NCBI RefSeq assembly: GCF_018977255.1
Contig: NW_024704742.1
Coordinates: forward strand, 72,418,001 to 72,482,000
Origin: Callorhinchus milii
Taxonomy: Eukaryota
Length of the DNA: 64,000 bases
Direction: 5' to 3'
Below are positions 41,101-53,100 of the stretch, in pieces (the stretch's first letter is position 1; each line of letters begins with the position of its first letter). A model generated the notes under the pieces. It was not told the origin of the DNA, searched no databases, and saw only the letters and a list, made by a program, of their open reading frames with translations. Both the position numbers and the translations under genes were made by a program.

Positions 41101-44100
41101 TTGCAACTCTAATCCTATACTCTTGTATAGGATTATATTATATTATAATCCTATACTTGTAATCATTGCTCATAGCTCATTCCTCTAATTCTGGGATCAT
41201 CCTCGTTGGGACTATATAGCTTGAGTATGATGTATGGGGATCTAACCCTCTTGCCTTGTTAATTGTGCCTCACACTGTTTTGGCATAGTAAGCGATGAGT
41301 CAACTAGCACCTTAGATCTCTTTCAGCTTCCCCTTGACAAGCTCTATCCTATCTACAGAGTACATTAGTTTCCTATTCTTACTTTGCATATGATGTATCA
41401 TTTGCATTTATCTGTATTGACAGTGGGTCCAAATTACCTGAGCAGCTTTTACGTTTTCTTTAGTTTTGTTCTTCCCTCTGGAGTGTTGGTGGATGGAAAT
41501 GTCTGGCAATGTGATTGCAATGTGGGAGGCAATTTGGAACATAATTTAAGCATTTTTTTAAACCAGGATAACAATGATGGCAGCACAATGATACTATTGT
41601 AACATGATGTGATATGTGCTCTTTGTACAATAAGCTGCCTCAGTAATAATAAACCCATTGCCTTGCAGACTGATCCTGACACTATCAGTAACATCAGAAC
41701 AGATAATATTTAACTATATAACTATAATGGACTTCACTATAGGCTTTATCTATCTCCAAATCATTATTCTTAAGGTTTACTCACATGTCAGATGTGCCAT
41801 CATTTGTCTCTGTTTAAATAAAGAAAATGATTCAGGAAAAATGCAGGTGAAATGAAAACATGCCACGCTTTAGAACATTAAAAGATATGGGGCAATTCAA
41901 CATGGCCACTTTAAAAAATCTGCCAAAAATCATAATTTCTAATCTCAAGAGATATGTGGCACAGAAGATTAAATGCATTTTATTCATCTACAAATACACG
42001 GTTGCTACATTTTACAGTAAATCTTATGAAGCACTTTGAAATGTTCCAACATATCAATGAAATTACAGGTAAATATATCAATACATTTACATTAACAAGA
42101 ACCAAAAACAAACCTAGCTATTTCTGGATACAATTTACTGGCTGCTAACATAGTGATCCAAAGGAGACCGGTCACAAATTCTGTAAATAACCTATGTATA
42201 TTCCATCTGCAACAAGCAGAACGTTACTGTTAAATGAATGCATCACTATTAATATATTAAGGAACGACAAACTGCTCTTTATACTTTTTTGCAAATATTT
42301 TCAGACAAAATACTGAAAAGTACAAGTTGCTGCACCTTGCTTTTTCTGCCGATAGTTTCTGCACATACAATTTTGGCACTTTTTGCACTTCAGAACAATC
42401 AGGCTGATAAGAATTCCCATGGCAATTGTTAGGAGTAACACCAAAATGATGTTTTCTGATATGAGAGAAACAAGAACAGTATTAATCTTAAGTTTCAACC
42501 AAAACAGCGAGCATGTTTGAAACGAAAATCACAACTACTGAAAAAATACAGATAAACATAAGCATCATTATTACTGCAGCTAATAACATGAACCCCATTA
42601 ATACTGCAGCTAATAACATGAACCACATTAATACTGCAGCTAATAACATGAATACATTTGATACATCTCAACATTCGGTTTGCTTTATTTATTGACACAG
42701 AGCATTGTTGCGAGAGCTTCAATTTATTGTCAATCAGGACCCCCAGGTCCCTTTTATTTTCCAGGCAGATTATTTTCCTTCCGTTCAAATAATAGTCCTG
42801 ATAATCGATACTGTTGTTATAAAACAATAGTTGTTCTTGTGTTTGTCACTCACTTTTGAAGAAACTTGTTATATCACACTTTCCACATTATAAGTAGCAC
42901 AGTGTAATGGTAGAACAAATGTCCATGGAGATTTTGTCCGCTGTTGTTTGGATTTAGGAATAATAATTGACACCTGATTGATGAAGAATAGAATGTAAAA
43001 TTAATGGTTCTTACGAGGACCTGAAGGTCTGAGTTGTGAAGGTACAAATAAATCAGAAACATTCTTGAGAGTGTCATTCGTAGATGAAAATGTTCCTAGT
43101 AATTGTAAAGATAATACATGTCATATAGAATCACATTATAGGGCTGAAATATAATAGTCAGGATTTGCAAAACATTAGTAAACCTTGTAACTATTTGTCA
43201 CTTTACATATATTTAAGTGGAAACCTTGAGCCCAAATTTCAACCAGTCTTAGCCGTTAAAATCATTTTGTCTTGAAATTTAAGATTGTCCAAAAATGTGG
43301 ATGATTCTTAATTTGGGATTAACTGGATTATTGAGGCATTCCTTGAGACTAACACAAGGGAGGGGGATTAATTAGTAAATAGAGAACGAAGAGCAAAATG
43401 CCAACTCGCCACAGCTGTCAGATTCGCTCTCTTGCTTTTCACGTTCTGCAGTTTTCAGAATTTGCAATTAGTTGTTTTACAAATGAGACAGGCGAGAGGA
43501 TAGCTTACCAGAGATCAGGTCAGAGAGTAAATAATTTGACAGCTGTTGAGAGGGTACATTACCAGAGAGCAGGTGAGAGGGAGGTGTTATCAATACAGTT
43601 TTTGAACAAAATTTGATAAACTCTGGAACTCTGATTCAATATCTCCACCCTCTCTCTGATACAGTTACTTTTCAACATCCCATACAGCAATACCTCAGAC
43701 TCAGAGGAAGGAACAGGCTGATCTCCCGGGTGACACAGCTGCTACAGTTTACCCAACGCAGTGAAGTGCTCCCTGGTATCGTGTCTGCCGATTACCTCCC
43801 CCTCCCCAAACACACACACAACCCCTGACCTTTCCCCTCTCATCCCACTCACCTCGCCCCAGATCCCACTCACCCCCCCCCATCCCACTCCATCAGAAAA
43901 TATTCCCCTTGGAGCTCTTTGTGCTGACACTTGGACTCACATTGTGAATTATTAAAGAAATCGTAGCCAAGGAGAGGCATTGCGATGGGGAAAAGGGAGA
44001 ATCTCGCCAACTAATTGGAAATTGAAACTCCATTAACTACAAGTCAATTTTTGGATGGGCATCTTAATGACCAAGCAGAAACCTTCTCTCGTGTTCATTT

Positions 44101-47100
44101 CATCTGCTTTACTTTGATTTCACATTGCTGATTTTTTACGGAATCTGCCGTGTTTCATATAATCCACAAACTCACCACAGGCTGTGTACAACAAACATAA
44201 ATATTAATCCTGCAATATTACAGATATCTTTTATAAAAAACAATGTAATCAGCTTGAATGGAGTTTGACCAGTAAATAGTTTTTTTTTCATTTGTCCTGA
44301 AAGCCAGAAAAAGCAAAGTAATTCTCCTGCTTCTTTCCAATCAAGTCTTTTGAAAGCCATTGGTTAATCTTATTTGCAGCAAACAATGCTGCATCAAATA
44401 ATTCACTAAACTATCTGAAGGATAGTGAAAGAGTACTGTGAGAGGGAACGAATAATAGGCAATGAACATTACTGGTGTCTTCCTCTTTAGTCTTATTGGT
44501 TTGATGTTCATCAGACTACAACAACAACAACAACAAGATTCCATTTATATTATTATTAGTCAAGGAGGTTCAAAATTTGAATAACAAATAAGACACATGA
44601 AATGTACAGCTATAACTACACATAAGATGCCTTTATATTGTTTTAATGTAATGCCTCTCACAAGCACTTAAGATTGCAGCCAAATACCTCCGGAGAACAA
44701 AACAATTCCTAACAGAAGCTCATTACGAACATTAAAGCTTTCTTCACACGCCATAGCAGCTTATGTTAAAAATCTCCAAATTTGTTTTAATTGATATGCT
44801 TGGTGTGAATAGTTACTGTGTGCGGATGTTATTGTGTCTATTATAAATTCCGTATTGAGTTCTCAAAGAAGCCCAGTTGTGTTAGCAATTCTGATTTATA
44901 AAATCGCTTGAATGGATTTTATTTATCCATCTATTCACTCACTTTTTTAGGTAAAGATTTGGTGCCAAATTACTCATATTAATGCATTACATGTCAATCA
45001 CTAGACTTGATGGAGATTACAACTCATTCTGTTACCTCCTTAGGTGGTGTGAAGTGAATGTTTTGTGAACGCCACTTTTCTGTGACACCAGATATGCCAT
45101 TGCTCACCTGCTGTTGTGGAAGAGTTGTAGCTTATATCCATGAGAGCAGATGTAGTCAGCTTGTCAGAATTCAACTGAACCTCTGTGGTAATAATAATAA
45201 TATTTTTATTAATAAACACAATATGTTTGAACTTCCTAAAATAACTACTTTTTGCAGGAGGTTGATATTTTGTTCATCGGGTATTTTGTCAAGCCATTTC
45301 TGAATAGTCTTATTGTTTGTTTCATACTGACACATATATCCACATTCAATTTGTAGATTGATATATTTTCTGAACTCTATTTCTTTATTTCTTACATTGC
45401 AATTACGTGGGATAGCCACATCAATAATACTACATGTTAATACCAGTAATCCTTGCATTTGGTGTAACTCTTTTCATGTAGGGAAAATGTTTCCCAAAAC
45501 ATTTCACAGGATTTACTGTGTTTGTAGGTGATCGTGGCAGCCCAATTGCGCACAGCAAGGCCCCACAAGCAGCCATGAATAATGAATAATATTATTTGGG
45601 GGATTGTTGGCCTAAACACCAGGAGAAACTCTCTTCTCTTTAGAATAGTGTCTTGGGATCTTAATGTTGACTTGAACAGGCAGACGGCACCTCAGTTTAA
45701 TGTCACATTTGAAGGATGGAACCTCCGAGTGCCAGCAACCCAGCCAGGCTGATACAATTAAAAGAAAAGGTCATAAATATCATTATTTGGCATTCTTTTC
45801 TGAATCTCAGTCTTGTTCCCATTTAATAATAATAATCCTTGCATTTGATATAGCTCCTTATCATGTCTTCGAATTGTCTCAAAGCGCTTCAAATATATAA
45901 TACACTGAAAGCCGTTTAAACCAGGCACATCGGGACCATACATTTTGTCCGATTTACCAGGCGTCCAGAGTTAACCTGCATCTGGCTAAAGCGGTTTCCA
46001 CAGTATTATTATAATAATAATCCTTTCCAATCTCTTCTAGCCCATTTATATCAATGCACTGAAAGTCAGCAGGTCTGTGCACTACTAACATTGGCATCAG
46101 TGCACTGAAGGAATGAGTCACACAGTATCAGGTTTTCCTGCTCCCCAATGAGGTCAGTCACCTTTAACTGCACATAATTAAGGCAGGAACGGTGAAACAC
46201 ACATTGTTAATACCAAAATTGCTCAATTTCATCAATATGGTTGGAGGCAAATTTTCAACATCTTACCCTCTGAAATTACCTCTTCACATTCTCCAACTCT
46301 GACAATACAGCATAGTTGCAGCACTACATTGAAGTGTTATCTTAGACAATATGTAATTCAAGACCCAACATGGGGCTTGAACGCAGAATCTTCTGAACTC
46401 AGAGATGAAAGTGTTATGAACTGAACCAGCCTGACACAAGAAGATGGAGCAAGGAAACAACACAATTGCTTTAAAGCATCTTATCTTTGCAGAGAGGAAA
46501 TTGTGCAGATTTCAAACAAACCACTTTACCAGTTGATGCTGCTCCATTTGTAGTAGGTAGGGAGGCTGTCTTCTGTTCACCAGCTGCAGTGGTAGTTACT
46601 GTAATAAGAGGAGAGCAAATTGAAAGTTTATCAATCCATTTTAATGTAAAGTAGATCACCAAAGTCAGAGTTAGCCAGATACTGGCACACACGGAGACAG
46701 AAGTGTGCAGTATACGTGCTACTATCATCTCTATCGTGCACATACTTAGCTTTCTCTGCAACAGCTTTGAACCTACCATGAGGCCTCAGCTCAGTCTTCC
46801 TTTGTTCATTGGATTTCCTAGGCCACAGACTACTATTCTCAGAGTGAAGAGATGCAGGTACAAAGCACCTTCAGCTTTATATTCTTGCATCTTCTTGCAC
46901 TTATATAATGCCTTCCACGCAGGGTAGCGTCTCAGAGCACTTAACAGTGGGGGAACCTGGTCACAGATAGAGAGGACTTTGACAAGCACTGTGACTTTGA
47001 CAAGTGCTGTCTCTCTGCTGTGGTCAGGGTGAAAACCAGACTGCAGGGGCTCGAGGAGGGAGTGGAGGGAAAGGTGTGACCCAAGTTGACCTGCAACAAT

Positions 47101-50100
47101 GCGTTCTGGGTCATTGGCAAGGGAGGGTAGGTTGGAAATGGGATGGTAGTGTGAGAGATTAGAGGGATTGAGGGTGGGATTTTTGAGGAGGGGTGTGATA
47201 ACAGGGGTTTTCAGTGGGAGTGGAATAGAGCCTGAGGAGAGAGATTGGTTGACCTTGTCGGCCAGCATCGACGAGAGGAGGGGGAATTCAGTGACCAGTA
47301 GCTGGGTGGGGAGGGGGTCGAGGCAGCAGGTGGTGAACTTCATCTGGGTGATTGTGGTTGAGAGGGAGGAGGGAGAAATGGGGCAAAGGAGTGTAAGGAG
47401 GGGGGAATGGCAGGAGCCATGGTGGAGGGAGAAGGCAGTGTGGATGGTCTGGGTGGGGTGGAAGGGTATTGGTGCGGGGAGAGGATGATGCAGCCAAATG
47501 GATGTTTTCAAATTTTGAAGCAAAGAAGTAGGACTTCTTCTCACTTGGCGTTTGATGTGAAAATAGAGGGGGCTTGAGGGGGTGCACGGAGGAGGTGATG
47601 GACAGTGGAAAACAGTGCCTTTGGATTGTTGTTTGTCTCCAGGATGACTTTGGAGTAAAAGTCAGTTTTGGCCTGTGAAAGGGAGAGGCGCGAAGTGCAG
47701 AGGTGCTCAAGCCACAGCTGACAGTGAATCGTGAAGCCAGATTTCTGCCATCTGCACTCGAGCATCCGGATTAGGGTTCCTAAGTCCTCCCTCTTGTCAA
47801 TCAATCAATGGCTGTCTGCCTGGCTCAGTCAGTAGCACCTAAGTGAGGTTTCCTTTGAGCTGATCTGGTGACATGTTTGGCAATGGAATTTCAGAATCAA
47901 GATAGTCTTCTGTGGTCGTCTCAGGGATCCCATTCCAAGGCCAGGAGGGTTCACAGTATTCCAGGGCACTGCTGATGACAGCACAGCAAGCCTGGCTCAT
48001 CTTCCCCACTCAACGCCTGTTAACCCCGCAAGCCAACGCCCTAACGGGTGGGTTGCCCTAGCTGGACAAGCAGCAGGAAAGCTTACCAGGCAGTGATCTC
48101 ACAGGCAAACTATGTAGTTTTAGGTGGTTAGACTCCAGCAGTTACCCCAGCACACACTCCGGGGTCCCCAAACCTTGGCTCTTGCTAATTTGTGCCTCAT
48201 ACTTTCTGGAATTAGATAAGCAGGATGAGCTAATAAATATCTCCAAAATTTCCATGTATAGGTGGGATGTATGGAATTCTCAGTTTGGTGTGGGATACTC
48301 TTAAGCATGGTAATGGTTTGCGGATGTGCTGGATACTTGTCTGACAAAAAAAATATGCCATTCTCTTCTCTGAGACAGAAGTTGTGGGTTCAAGTTCTAC
48401 AGGTTAACAGAAGCTGAGTGGGATGACTCCCTTTCCCCAGTGACTGGTCTGCCCTTTTAAGTCCTGCTGATGAGCCAGCCTGGTTGTGCTGTTATCAGCA
48501 ATGCCCTAGAATACTGTGGAATTTTAACCTCACAGTCTTGGCTGACACTTCGATATAGTGTAGGGGTGTGCAATATTGTTGGAGGTTCTATCCTTCAGAT
48601 GAGATGTTAAACCGAGATCCTGTGTGTTGTGGCAGCCATGTTATACACAGCAATGTCCCACAACAGTCATTAAGCGAATGATTAATTATATTTGGGGAAT
48701 TTAGGGTCACATCACTGGAGGAAACTCGTTGTCCCATGGAATCTTTAACGTCCACCTAAACAGGAAGGTGGGATCTCAGTTTGACTTATCATCCAAAGAA
48801 TAGCAATTCTGACAACACAGCACACCCACAGCACTGGGTTGCAGTGTCAGCTTGGACTGTGTTCTCATTAGTGACGCAGACACCATTCAGAGTAGTAGTT
48901 GATCGCATAGTTTGATATCATTCAATTTCACTTGGGAAATGGCACAAGCACGCAGTCACGCAACCAGACGTTAGCATATTTCAACTGAACTACTTCATCC
49001 AAACCGATCTTATGATCTGTGAATGGTACATTAATGAGCTGCTGTGTAAAATACACATGGGAAAAATAGGGTACTATTTACTTTTTAGTGCATTTATCTC
49101 ATTGTTTGTGTGGCATTAATCCACAACTGTTTGTGAGATACTGCTGTGCATAATTGGCTGCCGCGTTTCACCCACAAAATATACAGTCAATTCACTTCAC
49201 AGTATATTCTGTGAAGTGCTTTGATACATCTCAACAACATGATAAAGCGCTATATTAAATGAAAGGATCATCATTATTATTAGAGGTGCAGGCACTGATG
49301 GTTCTGTGCCACGTTTTATCCACCCACCACTTTGTGGAGACCTGTAGCTTAGTGGTTAGAGCACTCGCCTCGCAAAGTGAGGCAGGGTGAAACATTGGGC
49401 AAGTTTCCTTACTCCACACACCTGTGGTTACCTAGCAGTAACCCGGTTGCTAGTCGATTGACAGGACACTTTTCCAGGGGTAATAATCCCTTCTAAAAAA
49501 AACTAATAATAATCTGGTCACTCAATCTATATCAAATGCAAGAATTATTATTTTCCTTTTCACAATTTTATTGAAAACGTATCCAGAGCAAGAGAACTGG
49601 CATCCAATATATTATCACAAGCATAGAGTCCCTCAGTCAAACAACTATTATCGGAACACATTACCATGCATTCCAGCCTGCATTCAATATCAACTCTCTG
49701 CAGAAGCAATGGGAAATGGTATCAAGGGCTGAGATAACTGGCAAACTATAATGAAAAAGCAACAATAATACCACTTTGAATTTTCAAGCCTCACTCTGGT
49801 GACCAATTGGTATTATATTGAAGCCTCGCTTCAGGACTTGTATTCAAGATGTATTCAAGCCGCTCATCAGGATTGGAGCTCACAATCTAGGCTGAGACAC
49901 CAGTGCAAAACTGAGGGAGTACTGCATTTTGGAGGTGTCGACCTTCAGATCAGATAATACTTGAGGTCCAATCTGCCTGTTGAGATGATATTAAAGATTC
50001 CATAGCACTATTCGAAAGATAAGGGAGTTTTGACCAGGCAGTCAAAAATGGTCATTCATGTCATGGCTGTTTGTGGGAGTTGCTATGCCAAAATTTGACT

Positions 50101-53100
50101 ACTATGTTCCCTGTAAATTACATAATCACTTCACTTTTCAGAAAAAACCTCTTCGAAATGCTTTGAGACATTTTGATTTGATAATAATAACTTGCACTTA
50201 TATTGCGCTCTTCAGAAAGCTTCTCGGGGTACTATGGTACAATATTAAATGCAGTGATTATTTATTAAAATCTGTGTCTCTTTTGGATAACCCATTAAAC
50301 CAAACAAAATGAAACTATTAATCTTTCTCTGCCAGGCCTGGGTAGGGCAAGTTTCCGCTAAATCTGACATTCCTAGTTAATACTGGTGGGTAGTGGTTTT
50401 CTTGATGTGACTGATGAATCAAAGTTTATTTTTGGTGAAAAACAGGCAACAACTGATAGTTTTGGACAGCAGCCAGCAGAACAAACTAAATAATAATAAT
50501 AATCCTTGCATTTGATATAGCGCCTTTTCACGTCTTCTAGACGTCCCAAAACACTTCACAGAATATACTGTAAAGTGAATTGACTGTACATTTTGTGGGC
50601 GAAACGCGGCAGCCAATTGCACACAGCAGTGTCCCACAAATAGTCGTGGATTGATTGAACAAATTATTATTATTTTATTAGTTCTTTTTAAGGGATCATT
50701 ACCACCAGATATGCGATCCACCAATTGACTAACAACCGGGTTCCTACTTACCGCTAGCTAAACAAAAGGCATGTGGAGTAAGGAAACTTGCCCAACATTT
50801 TGCCCAGCCCGGGAATCAAACATTTTTCAGGTCCTCTCACTTGGGGTTACCAATCTCACTGTTAAGATTAGGAGCTGATGGAAGTGAACAGGATGAAGAC
50901 AAAATACTAGTTCTTTACTACGACAAGCATTCACAAAGGCTGCTCGTTTAAATAATGCGTGCGATTGTTCCCTTGTTAACTAAACTAAACCAAGTAGAAC
51001 AGGACAGACAACTCGCTCACTTCAATTCGAAGCAATTCTCTCTCTCTCTCATTAAAATAGGATATTCACTCACTTGATTCATCCCAACCCATGCTAGTTA
51101 ATTCTACCGTTCCCCCAAGTGTGTATGATTTGAGGCCTCAAAATTTGACGGCATCAAAAATTCACAAATACGGACACAATGTATCTTTCTCCCCACCTCC
51201 CCCCCAAAAAGAAACACCCCATTTTGATAATTTCTGGTCAACAATCCTGCATTTGCATTTGTGACCAATTTACAACTTCCCTCAATTCTTTCCCTTTCAG
51301 GAGACTTGCCAGTGAAAGGCAGAGAGTTGAGTTAAACAGTTAAACAGTTAAATAGCATCTATCGGGAAAGGAAAGTGAGTCCAGGACCCTTCGCCAGAAC
51401 TCTGCGGTAAATGGAATCTTAATTGTGTTCTAACGAAGGGTGGTGGACCCGAAATGTTGACTCACTTTCCTTTCGCCATAGCTGCTGCCTGACCTACTGA
51501 GTGTTCCCAGCGACTTCTGTTTTTGTTTCAGATTTCCAGCATCTGCAGTACTTTGCGTTTTGTCAAAGAGTTAAACAACTGTTTTGGGAAAAGCAGGAGC
51601 AAAATGGAAATGCACATATATAGCAGAACAGCTATGTGGCATCAGTTCAGTTATATTTGATCCTTTCTGTACTGAGAGCAGAGTAATATCTTGGCTTTGA
51701 TCGGAAGTAACGCTCATGATGTTTGTCTGACAAAACAGGAAACAGTTGTTTTTACTCCCTATCAGCAGGGCCACCTTTGCCCTGTGAAGCAAATGCCCAT
51801 TATATTGAATTGGTGCGCAGGCAGTTTCAGAGAAAGTAACAACAACATATTTGTAGAATACAGAAAAATAAACTACATCAATTTATGGTACCTTTAAAAT
51901 CTTTATGTGCCACATTGGGACTAAAATTCCATTTTGTTTAAAGTGTCAGCCTTGGCTATGTTGATAACACTATTATTTCTGAGTCCAAAGGTTGGGGATT
52001 CAAGACTCATGTCAGGACTTTGAGCTCACACTTTGAGCTGACGTTCCAGCGAAGACCTGGCGGCGCACTTCATTTTTCTTCTAAATTATCCTAAACCGAA
52101 GTCCCCTCTGCCTGTTCAGGTGAACATTAAAGATCCCACGGCACTATTTGAAAAGAGAAGCATGTATCTTGGCAAAGATACACAGGTAATTGATAATTTA
52201 CTCCATTGTTGTTTGTGGGACATTGCTGTGTATAATTTAACCTGCAGTTCCACCTAGAACATTATTACCTTTCATTGTTTATTCACATGTAGATTTCATA
52301 GGGTCTGTACTAACATTTTTCATGTTTTGCAACCAAGCAGCTAGGCTTGACATATAGTGTACTTGTTGTTTCTGAAGATGGTAATTGTGTGAGATGCCTC
52401 CAGGTTTGTCTTCGTCAGTCGGGTGGCTCCAAGCTTTTATTTTTTGTTAGCCGAGTAACAGTGTCTAAGAGTATCCAAACCAGACTGAGAGGTGACAATG
52501 CTTGGCAACGGATAGGAAACAGGATGTTGAGCTATGTTGTAGCTTCTTACACAGGTTGTAAAAATCTCTGGTCAGTATGCACCTCGTGTACTACATACAG
52601 TTCTGGTCATTGCTACATAAAGGAGTTGCCCAGCCCCAGAGACAGTGCAGAGGAGAGCAAGAAGGATGATCCCTAGTGTAAGAGGAATGAGCTATGAGCG
52701 TTGCCATCTATTGTAGAATCAGAGAAGTCTCCTTGTGTCAATGCATACATCAACAACAACAACAATAAAATCACATTTGTATAGTGCCTTTCACGTCGGG
52801 AGGACGTCCCAAGGTGCTGGACAGTCAGAGTTTCGGATCTGAACTGGGGATTGGGATTGGGGAGGGTGGAGGGCAGTGGGGGAAGCAGGGAGATCGAAAG
52901 CACGGTCGAAGAGGAGGGTTTTTGATGGGTCTTGAAGGAGGCAAGGGAGGGGGCGAGGCGGAGGGAGTGCGGGATGGAATTCCAGAGGTTGGGGGCAGAG
53001 TGGCTGAAGGCCCGCCCGCCAATGGTGGGGCGAGCAAGGCGGGGGATGTGAAGCAGGCCGGAGCCCGCTGAGCAGAGGCAGTGAGCAGGATGGTAGGGAG

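Noticed and set aside
41438..41477. Extra cytoplasmic exon ([14 protein letters not shown])
   Set aside because: Phase 2 to 0 would shift the next exon out of the frame carrying the conserved motif.
42570..42658. CRISPR-like array
   Set aside because: Head-to-tail repeats without spacers in vertebrate DNA; a minisatellite.
42853..42973. AG/GT-bounded candidate exon between the stalk and TM exons
   Set aside because: In-frame stop, and the upstream intron would be only ~40 nt.
2570..47770. Large inverted repeat (2570-3365 versus 46950-47770) as a composite element
   Set aside because: Best explained as two independent copies of the same L2 subfamily in opposite orientation.
52347..52676. 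109-aa ORF or Ig/Cys-rich ectodomain exon
   Set aside because: Overlaps repeat fragments; minus-strand frames contain stops; no Ig or TNFR pattern.
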